From the IMG/VR virus record IMGVR_UViG_3300020413_000042, positions 1 to 32,326 of that record: DNA of 32,326 bases; one strand, 5' to 3'. Below are positions 25,496 through 32,326 of this stretch, piece after piece. Source of the stretch: a virus (taxonomy: Duplodnaviria > Caudoviricetes). The translations under genes were made by a program, and so were the position numbers. Within the stretch, counting starts at the first letter, position 1; each line of letters opens with the position of its first letter. The notes under the pieces are model-generated. The model worked only from the letters and a program-made list of their open reading frames with translations. It was not told the origin of the DNA and made no database searches.

Positions 25496-26666
25496 TTTTT
25501 ACAAACTTCTGTTTGTTAATTTTAAGTGCATCATAATCCATTTGCACATATTTTTTACATGTATCCCACCATTCTTTCAAGTCTTCATCTTCTTGCAATT
25601 CTCCCACAACTCTTTGTCTAATTTCTGGTGTAACATTTATATGAGTATGTGAATGCATGTGCTGATGTTGATTTTGGTGATATTCTTCTCTAATTTTATC
25701 ATTTATAAATCCTAATTTTATTAAAGAATCAATTGCTCCAGCTGTTTTTTTCATAGACTCAGGTGAAGGATGCATAAGACCTAGTTCAGTTTTCGTGTAA
25801 TCTATGTCGTGTTTGTAATGAATCAAATTATCATATGTATCATACATTGATTTACCATTCCACAATGGTCTTGATAATACAAAAGTATGATTCATTTGAG
25901 CACCTTCTAATCCACCTAGTAATAATCTTTCTGGTGGACAAAAGTATAATATTCTTTTTGCAGAATTATAGTATTTTTCCCACCCTTCTTCTGTATCTGT
26001 ATTCATATCATATATCCATGGACAAGACATACCATTATCCATTTCAGTTATAAGACCAGATATAAATCTTTCCCAAGGGTCACGAACAAGTAAATATGAT
26101 GTCCAATCTTTGAAAAAGTCTAATTCTTGAAATGGTGGAGTCATTTCTGAATCACGACCTTCAGCATAATTTCTAGGAGTTTCCTTCATTCCATAATCCC
26201 ATGGACAGTTGTCACCTAAAAATTCTTTTGATTCTTCTGAACCTCTTTTAAGAATTTTTGTATTGGCAGCAAAAGAATTACCTTTATCCTTCCAGCCTTC
26301 TGGAATATTTTCATAACTATGCATTATAACTCTTTTATTTGGTTGGTATAATTCTGTAACAAATTCTAAATATTCTTCTTCTGTTAACCAAGTTTTTGGG
26401 TCACGATTTTGGTCTTCAATCCATACCCAGTCGTCATCAAACATCTCATTTTGTGCGTTCAAATAAAAACGAATTGATGAATGTCCTACTTTACGAGGAC
26501 ATGTAAGTAGTATTTTTCTTTTTTTAGATATAAATGTGGGATGACATCTTTCCCAACATGTTTGACCATCAAGATGTATTGAAACTGGACGAGTTTCATT
26601 TTCAATAGTTATTTGAATTTCATTCTTATTATTGAAGGATGCAAAAGATTTTAACGATTCTGCCAT
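25491..26666 (-). CDS. sulfotransferase-family protein
   Basis: 5'-PSB-like PRKVGHSS and 3'-PB-like VRDPWERFISG motifs; GGAG SD. Confidence 0.72.
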   Translation of the reverse strand: MAESLKSFASFNNKNEIQITIENETRPVSIHLDGQTCWERCHPTFISKKRKILLTCPRKVGHSSIRFYLNAQNEMFDDDWVWIEDQNRDPKTWLTEEEYLEFVTELYQPNKRVIMHSYENIPEGWKDKGNSFAANTKILKRGSEESKEFLGDNCPWDYGMKETPRNYAEGRDSEMTPPFQELDFFKDWTSYLLVRDPWERFISGLITEMDNGMSCPWIYDMNTDTEEGWEKYYNSAKRILYFCPPERLLLGGLEGAQMNHTFVLSRPLWNGKSMYDTYDNLIHYKHDIDYTKTELGLMHPSPESMKKTAGAIDSLIKLGFINDKIREEYHQNQHQHMHSHTHINVTPEIRQRVVGELQEDEDLKEWWDTCKKYVQMDYDALKINKQKFVKT

Positions 26667-26682
26667 AATATAACTCCATAAT

Positions 26683-27894
26683 TTATTTGTCCCAGTCTTT
26701 CTGGACTGTAAAGTTATTTAGTGAGAATTCCATTCTATCCACTAACTTCACTGCACCACCTAGGTTGTTATCAATTGCAACAAATCCCTCTGGTGCAACG
26801 ACATCAAAACCATTACCCTTTTTAACAAACATTGCAGTCATCTGACTTGCTTTGTTTACTTTAGTAAGTATTTTTATCTTTGCATAGTTTATTAATGCTT
26901 GAAACTCTACTAAAGTTTTGAGTAATAGTAAATTTTTTCTAACTTCTGTTAGAAGAATGTTCTTGTTTTTTTGTTTTGTCTTTTTTGCAGAATCAGATTT
27001 AAGTTTTCCAATCTGTGTATCCATTTTATCTTCGACAAATTTTAAATACTCATCTGCATGTTTTTTGTAGTTTAGTCGTAGGAAGTTTGTTCCTTCTCTA
27101 ACTTTACTGTTGTGATAAGTTTTGTAAGTTAGTCCAGCATCAATTTTGTTTTGCATATCTAAAAACTTTTTAAGTTGTGGTGCTTTAATCTTCTGGAAAA
27201 CTTTACCTGTTCTGGACATTAATCTAGTTATTTCTGCACTATCTTTTTGTGTAAAGGTTGCAGTTCCAGATACATCATTGTATTCTGCATCATCCATCCA
27301 TACCTTAGATGTTTTTTTAAGACCTTTTATGTTTGCACCAAAGGTTGCTTTTAAATTCATTAATGAATCACCAGTGTATGTAGTATGAAATACAATACCT
27401 ACCTGTGCAGCTCTCATTGTAGATGCAAGTTTAGATGTAGAAGGAACTGCATACATGATAGTATTGGGTTGAAATGTTTCATATGATTCACCATTGATAT
27501 CTTGTTTTTCTAAGTCACCCTTTGTAAACATTAAGTCACCTTGAAGTATATCTTTAATACCGATATCTTTTAGATTGTTATAACATGCTTTAAATTTATC
27601 TGCAAGTTGTCCCTCTAAATCTGCATCAATCTCTGCAATGGATGTATAGAACTTTGGTGTTTTGTTAAATAAACTTTTCTTTGCAACAAAAAACTTACCT
27701 GTCTCTGGGTCATTACCACAAAAGATTGCTGGAGCTCCATCCCATTTTACAGTGACATTGACGCTTCTTTTACTTCCAGATACTAACATATCACGAAGTG
27801 ACCTTATAAAGTTTATAGATGCACGACCACCATCAATACCACTATTGAATATTTCGTCTTCTATATGTTCTAAATGTACATTAGGACTTGGCAT
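26683..27894 (-). CDS. DUF6267-like protein with ligase/nucleotidyltransferase fold
   Basis: HLEHxED, KWDG (motif I KxDG), QGDL, PEGFV and KLVDRxEFS. Confidence 0.78.
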   Translation of the reverse strand: MPSPNVHLEHIEDEIFNSGIDGGRASINFIRSLRDMLVSGSKRSVNVTVKWDGAPAIFCGNDPETGKFFVAKKSLFNKTPKFYTSIAEIDADLEGQLADKFKACYNNLKDIGIKDILQGDLMFTKGDLEKQDINGESYETFQPNTIMYAVPSTSKLASTMRAAQVGIVFHTTYTGDSLMNLKATFGANIKGLKKTSKVWMDDAEYNDVSGTATFTQKDSAEITRLMSRTGKVFQKIKAPQLKKFLDMQNKIDAGLTYKTYHNSKVREGTNFLRLNYKKHADEYLKFVEDKMDTQIGKLKSDSAKKTKQKNKNILLTEVRKNLLLLKTLVEFQALINYAKIKILTKVNKASQMTAMFVKKGNGFDVVAPEGFVAIDNNLGGAVKLVDRMEFSLNNFTVQKDWDK

Positions 27895-28619
27895 TATTTA
27901 TTTCTCGTGTTTCCTATTGCGTCTGTATATGCAAGTGTTAAAGGTAATAAGTCTTTGATAGGTAAATCTATTTCTAATGCAGTTACATTTATTGCTGGGT
28001 CGACCAATACAGCAGATAAGAATCTATGGTGACCATCTATAATTCTGTCATCTTTAGATACTACATAAAAATTATTCTTAGATGCAGAAAAATCTTTAGT
28101 TCCTTTTGCACCAAACTTTGATACATTTTTGATTGACTTGTCAAAATAGATTTGACTTTGAATAGGTTTTAGTTTTCCTACTGCAATCTTTTTAATTTTA
28201 ACATCTACTTTGTCATCATCTCTATCACCATCATTTTTTGCAAGACCACCATTCACCCATTTATTTCCTGTAACTTTGTCCAGTCCTTGAGGAAATGGGT
28301 CATCTGGAATTTCGTTTTTTGCAAAAGGTCTTGAAATATCAATTGCACCTGCTTTTAATCTTCTTTGTAACAGTTTGATATCTCTGTTATCAATTACAGG
28401 CATATCTTTTCTTTGTGCAAATCCCATCCTTGCAAGTTTTTGTGCAAGTTTATAGTTCTGTGAAAACTTAGGAATTTCTTTATCTATATCAAATCCTTTC
28501 TTATCAAAAAGTTTCTTTGCATGTTCGTATGCTTTCTTCTCGTCTGTTTTGATAAGTTCCATCTTACCAGCTTCTGCACCACCTTTTCCTTCTGCTATGT
28601 ATCTTCTAAAACTCTTCAT
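27894..28619 (-). CDS. ParB/sulfiredoxin-like domain protein with CTS-like N-terminus
   Basis: MKSFRRYIAE; LKPIQ..VSKDxxIIDGHHR motif. Confidence 0.78.
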   Translation of the reverse strand: MKSFRRYIAEGKGGAEAGKMELIKTDEKKAYEHAKKLFDKKGFDIDKEIPKFSQNYKLAQKLARMGFAQRKDMPVIDNRDIKLLQRRLKAGAIDISRPFAKNEIPDDPFPQGLDKVTGNKWVNGGLAKNDGDRDDDKVDVKIKKIAVGKLKPIQSQIYFDKSIKNVSKFGAKGTKDFSASKNNFYVVSKDDRIIDGHHRFLSAVLVDPAINVTALEIDLPIKDLLPLTLAYTDAIGNTRNK

Positions 28620-30799
28620 ATTTTTATAGGATATTTCCCACCCCCAGTTATTTTTATATTCTTAATATCTAATCCAAAGAAATTAAGAACTGCATCGATT
28701 AGTCTTCTACCTTGTTTTTTAATCCAGTCAAATGCAGCTTTCATTCTTTTCATAATACCATCAAGAATTCTTTTTGCTTGATTCTTAATAGAAGATGCAA
28801 CATTTTTTGCCTTAGATACTAATTTGTTAAACATTTGAAATTCATCCAACTGTTCTACTTTACTTTCATGTAAGACTTGCATTCCTATTCTTTCTTTTGC
28901 ACATTCTTCTTTTATAATCTCTGCAAATGTAGGTTGATATGAATTAGTTTGCATTTCTGATTTTTTTAATTTTCTACTTCTTAATGAAAGATAAGGTGGT
29001 GAACCAGATGAACTTTTAAATGATACATAAAAATTATTACCCTTTGCAAGTGTTTTACCTGCTTTACTAGGTGAATCTAATTTTAAAACATCTGTAATTA
29101 CTCCTGTTTCCTTAAAGGTCACCACTTGGTTTGCAACTCCTTGAGAACCTTTACCGAATTTGTTTTCACCAGTTGCAGCTTCCCAACAAAAAAACTCTTT
29201 CATCAAAGCTTCTGAATTGAATAATTTTTCCATTTCATCTGTTAGTTCGTCTGCATATAATTGACCTTGGTCTAATTCTGCAACTTTCTTTTTATCTGCT
29301 GGTGATAAATTTGATTTCTTTGCTAACTTTTCTATCTTACCTACAGTATCTTTGGTGGATAGTTTAATCATTTTCTTTTCTAAATTATCAATTAATGATT
29401 CTACTTTTCTTTTACCTTTTGGGTCGATAGAATACATTCTCATTGCAGCTTCAACTGTAGATATTGATTCAAACTTACCAGCAGATAGTAGTTGTGAACC
29501 ACCTGCTTTCTTTAGTGATATTCTTTCATCTGCATATATTAAATCTGTCTTTGGTGTTTTGTTTGTTCCTTTCCATTCTTTGGATATGGGTAAGGTGGAT
29601 GCACCAAGTTGTCTGAGTTCTTTTACTTTAAGTCTGTTAATAAACTCTTGACCAAGTTTCATTCCTTGTTTTTCCCAATCACCCCAGAACTTTTCTGCTC
29701 TGTCCCATTCATCACCTTGATTCCATTTTTTACCTTGTAGTCTGTTTACTGCAACTGCAATAATAGATTCCCAATCTTCACCTTTAGGATTACTTCCACT
29801 GACTGTAGACAATCCATTTGCAATTTTATCTATTTTGGAATGAATAACACCAAATGCATCTTTATGTAATGTCTTCCAACTTGGGTCTAAATCTTCATTA
29901 TCATCAACAGCATTAATTAACTTTTTAAGACGAAGAAATGCATCATTGTTTTTTATTTTTAAGGTGTTTCCATCGACATCAACTAACTCACCTTTACTTC
30001 CCTTTTTTATGAAATCATCCTTGTTGTTTCTTTTAAATAAATCTTCACCACTTGCTTTCATACCACCTTCTTGTAGTAGTTCTAGTCCATCAAAGTGTAG
30101 TTTAGACTCTTTTATACCAGACTTGTTTTTATAATGACTATAGAATGCACTAGCAAGTTGATGACCGAACTCTGTGTCCGAAGGATAGTGAACTCCAGCA
30201 ATCTGTCTAGAATGACCTATATCGTCTCCTAATTTTTTGATATTACCTTTGTGTTCAAATGGAACTTTATCTGCAAGATATAAACTAACAAATCGACCTT
30301 CTGTTGCATGTCCAGATGGATATGAAGGAGTTTCTGCTGTTTTTAATGGGTAAACATTAAATGCCGATTGACGAAAGAATGTAAGAACTTTTGACAGTTT
30401 TTGTGGTCTTGGTCTATTATAATGTATCTTAAGTTGTAGAACAATAGGTGCAAGTTGGTCTCTTAATTTTGTAACATCTTCTAAATCTTTTAATGGTAAG
30501 TCATGTTTTTTATAGTAATCTTTAAATGGTTTCATTAACTTTTGGTCAACTAATTCCATAAATTCTCTTGCATTATCACGATAGACTTCGTAAGATTGTA
30601 GTATTTTAAGTTCTTGTTTTGTGGCTACAGAAGAATTCTTATAAGGATGATATTCTGTCCAATTTGAAACTGGAAAATTTTTGAACACTCCTCTGTCTAC
30701 ATTTAATTGTTTTTTTCTTTTAGGAGACATAGGCATGTCATGACCTAGATTGTCTACTGAGGAGTTGTTTTCTTGTAGGTGTTCGTAAAATGTTTGCAT
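28616..30799 (-). CDS. PAP2/acid-phosphatase domain fused to putative PD-(D/E)xK nuclease-like domain
   Basis: K-x6-RP (KIHYNRPRP), PSGH and SR-x5-H-x3-D all present; downstream WE..TPKTDL..ISLKK pattern. Confidence 0.8.
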   Translation of the reverse strand: MQTFYEHLQENNSSVDNLGHDMPMSPKRKKQLNVDRGVFKNFPVSNWTEYHPYKNSSVATKQELKILQSYEVYRDNAREFMELVDQKLMKPFKDYYKKHDLPLKDLEDVTKLRDQLAPIVLQLKIHYNRPRPQKLSKVLTFFRQSAFNVYPLKTAETPSYPSGHATEGRFVSLYLADKVPFEHKGNIKKLGDDIGHSRQIAGVHYPSDTEFGHQLASAFYSHYKNKSGIKESKLHFDGLELLQEGGMKASGEDLFKRNNKDDFIKKGSKGELVDVDGNTLKIKNNDAFLRLKKLINAVDDNEDLDPSWKTLHKDAFGVIHSKIDKIANGLSTVSGSNPKGEDWESIIAVAVNRLQGKKWNQGDEWDRAEKFWGDWEKQGMKLGQEFINRLKVKELRQLGASTLPISKEWKGTNKTPKTDLIYADERISLKKAGGSQLLSAGKFESISTVEAAMRMYSIDPKGKRKVESLIDNLEKKMIKLSTKDTVGKIEKLAKKSNLSPADKKKVAELDQGQLYADELTDEMEKLFNSEALMKEFFCWEAATGENKFGKGSQGVANQVVTFKETGVITDVLKLDSPSKAGKTLAKGNNFYVSFKSSSGSPPYLSLRSRKLKKSEMQTNSYQPTFAEIIKEECAKERIGMQVLHESKVEQLDEFQMFNKLVSKAKNVASSIKNQAKRILDGIMKRMKAAFDWIKKQGRRLIDAVLNFFGLDIKNIKITGGGKYPIKI

Positions 30800-30804
30800 A
30801 ATAC

Positions 30805-30812
30805 TATTTATG
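30805..30812 (-). promoter_or_regulatory. late promoter CATAAATA, 5 nt before ATG
   Basis: One mismatch to consensus; directly after a terminator; no SD. Confidence 0.65.
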
Positions 30813-30816
30813 CAAA

Positions 30817-30848
30817 TAAAAAAGGGAACTCTTGCAAAAGTTCCCTTA
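30817..30848 (-). terminator. Rho-independent terminator
   Basis: GGGAACT-tttgcaag-AGTTCCC followed by TTTTTT on the minus strand. Confidence 0.85.
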
Positions 30849-30951
30849 GTAGCAATTTACTCTGTTAGTTATATGTGAATGTTTTTCTAACTTGTTCCGA
30901 GCGGAAGGACGCCAATCGACTCTATCATACTGCCCTACGATTTCACTGGAC

Positions 30952-31146
30952 TCATTTCTTTAACCTGTGTTGTTTTAAAAGATTGTCGTATTCTTCAATT
31001 TGGTTTTGAAGTTTGATTTGTTTGTCTTCACTCATTTTAAGCTTTCTTAAGTGTATGAGTTCTTTCTTCAAAGTAACTTTTCTTTGAAGAATATCAACAG
31101 TTGCATTACTACTTAAAGTGCCAAGCTTGTTCCCATTATCAGACAT
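30952..31146 (-). CDS. small coiled-coil protein (64 aa, MSDNGNKLG...)
   Basis: ATG at 31146 preferred over the track's upstream TTG, which lies in hairpins. Confidence 0.65.
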   Translation of the reverse strand: MSDNGNKLGTLSSNATVDILQRKVTLKKELIHLRKLKMSEDKQIKLQNQIEEYDNLLKQHRLKK

Positions 31147-31254
31147 ATTGTAATCATTCCTATCAAAATGTATCGATTTCTCCTTACTCGTTTTCGATAC
31201 AATAACCAAGGTAGTGCATCTTCACCAACCTTTGGTATATAACTCTTATAACTA

Positions 31255-31262
31255 TATTTATG
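31255..31262 (-). promoter_or_regulatory. late promoter CATAAATA
   Basis: Overlaps the stop of the upstream gene; precedes a structured leader. Confidence 0.55.
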
Positions 31263-31794
31263 CATTTTTACTCTCCGACTTTACCAATTTTAATGTGCTT
31301 CTCATCTTTTTAAGTTCTTCAATTGTATGTTTTGCAGACTTATGTAAGATACCAATTCCACCAGCATCTTCCCATGCTTTTATGTTTTTTGGTCTATCGT
31401 CAATCAAAACATTACCTTTTGTTGCAAAAACTGCTTTCTGAGTTCCACTATAAGTGCATGTAACTACAACATAAGGGTCTACATACTGTTTAATCCACTC
31501 GTTTTTATCATAAACTACAATGTTTCTATTGATTGCACCAGCAGCTGTAAGTATTTCCCAAGGTAATCCAGTATGTTTTACATACCCAATCAACTCATGA
31601 TAATCAACCATTGGTGGTAAATTTCTAAATAATCTTTTATTTGTTAGTTCTTCTTTTCTTTCATCATACTCAGAATGACCATAATCATCAGAAGTTAATG
31701 GTCTACCTAACATATCACTGACACCAGCAAGGAAGTCAACAAGGACTCCATCCATGTCAATAAAAATTCTTTTTGGTGTTACTTTATTCTCCAT
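31258..31794 (-). CDS. HAD-family 5'(3')-deoxyribonucleotidase
   Basis: IDMDGVLVDF, ILT, K..W, LIDD..N..W..GGxGI motifs. Confidence 0.88.
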   Translation of the reverse strand: MENKVTPKRIFIDMDGVLVDFLAGVSDMLGRPLTSDDYGHSEYDERKEELTNKRLFRNLPPMVDYHELIGYVKHTGLPWEILTAAGAINRNIVVYDKNEWIKQYVDPYVVVTCTYSGTQKAVFATKGNVLIDDRPKNIKAWEDAGGIGILHKSAKHTIEELKKMRSTLKLVKSESKNA

Positions 31795-31993
31795 ATATTG
31801 TTTTCCAATCTTGTATAGTATAACCTGTCATAATAAACTCTCTCTCATCTTCATTAAGGTTAGGGAAGATATCTTGAATTAATCTCCTTTCTTGAGCAGG
31901 TGCATTCCACTCTGCAATTTGTTCTTGAGTAATGTTAAGATACATCTTGTTTACATTACCAGTTAGGGGACTTGTTCTTACTACTTCTATCAT
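31784..31993 (-). CDS. conserved phage hypothetical protein (69 aa)
   Basis: RxSxLTG..LIQDxFPNL..EREFIMTG..W pattern. Confidence 0.8.
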   Translation of the reverse strand: MIEVVRTSPLTGNVNKMYLNITQEQIAEWNAPAQERRLIQDIFPNLNEDEREFIMTGYTIQDWKTIYGE

Positions 31994-31999
31994 GTTTGT

Positions 32000-32029
32000 A
32001 TTATACTAAATTATGCACCTATGTGTCAA
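32000..32029 (-). promoter_or_regulatory. sigma70-type early promoter
   Basis: TTGACA-cataggtgcataatttag(18)-TATAAT, ATG 6 nt downstream. Confidence 0.8.
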
Positions 32030-32325
32030 ATCAAATAATCTGGGCCGTATATTCTCATTGAGTTAGGGTCAATTCTATACCCATCAAAAAGGTTTCCTCT
32101 TGGTCTGTTAAGTGCTGGTGTTTTCCATCCAGCAGATTTAAGAATGTCACCTTCTTTAAAAGTGATTCCAGTTTGACCTTTTCTCCATTCTTTTTTGTTA
32201 ATAAAACCCCATACTGAACGATGTTGACCATGTTCACAACTGATTATACGAATGTATTTTTGACCAACTGAATAATCAAAAGATGTTTTATCTCTGGTAT
32301 GTTCCCATCTTTCATGAGTTGCACT
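32026..32325 (-). CDS. conserved early phage protein, 3' part (DUF7717-like; start lies outside the window)
   Basis: Not in the track. Open frame ...GQKYIRI..SVWGFI..GDILKSAGWKTPA..RGNL..GPDYLI*. Confidence 0.8.
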   Translation of the reverse strand, partial: SATHERWEHTRDKTSFDYSVGQKYIRIISCEHGQHRSVWGFINKKEWRKGQTGITFKEGDILKSAGWKTPALNRPRGNLFDGYRIDPNSMRIYGPDYLI

Positions 32326-32326
32326 T

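Noticed and set aside
30890-30915. Glutamine (glnA/Downstream-peptide) riboswitch resemblance of CGGAAGGACGC
   Set aside because: Only a fragmentary match, on the non-coding strand, lacking the other conserved elements
111-31441. All plus-strand ORFs in the track (e.g. 22647-23246, 1806-2195, 24559-24948)
   Set aside because: They are antisense shadows of well-supported minus-strand genes, Ser/Leu/Phe-rich, with no motifs or RBS
32055-32237. 60-aa ORF from the track
   Set aside because: The overlapping frame 32026-32325 carries the recognisable conserved protein
1-32326. CRISPR array, integrase, transposon or rRNA
   Set aside because: No regularly spaced repeats or recombinase/transposase motifs were seen; the only clear DNA direct repeat is the duplicated promoter at 3840-4060

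Overview
32.3-kb AT-rich segment of a T4-like (myovirus-type) phage genome, probably marine or aquatic. Every credible gene lies on the minus strand. In transcription order (right to left) it contains: (1) small early genes and a HAD 5'(3')-deoxyribonucleotidase; (2) an ~18-kb late region (12.9-30.8 kb) under TATAAATA/CATAAATA promoters, in which many proteins start with a T4 capsid-targeting-like sequence (MKSF[KR]x[YFI]xxE) and carry repeated prohead-protease-type (I/L/V)xE sites. These include a PAP2-phosphatase/nuclease-like fusion, a ParB/Srx-like protein, a HIGH nucleotidyltransferase, an HNH protein and large basic modular proteins, interspersed with a ligase-fold protein, a P-loop kinase, a sulfotransferase, an ATP-grasp enzyme and an AurF-like diiron protein; (3) acyl carrier protein, spanins, gp61 primase, nrdA, a 2OG-Fe(II) oxygenase, nrdB, cytochrome c, glutaredoxin, a resolvase-like nuclease, alternative oxidase and tRNA-Ala; (4) small early genes with a shared promoter-spacer motif, two candidate structured RNAs and the 5' end of RNase H. 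The best candidate for a new system is a capsid-packaged, protease-matured enzyme/polyprotein payload. All family assignments come from motif recognition by eye; no database searches were run.
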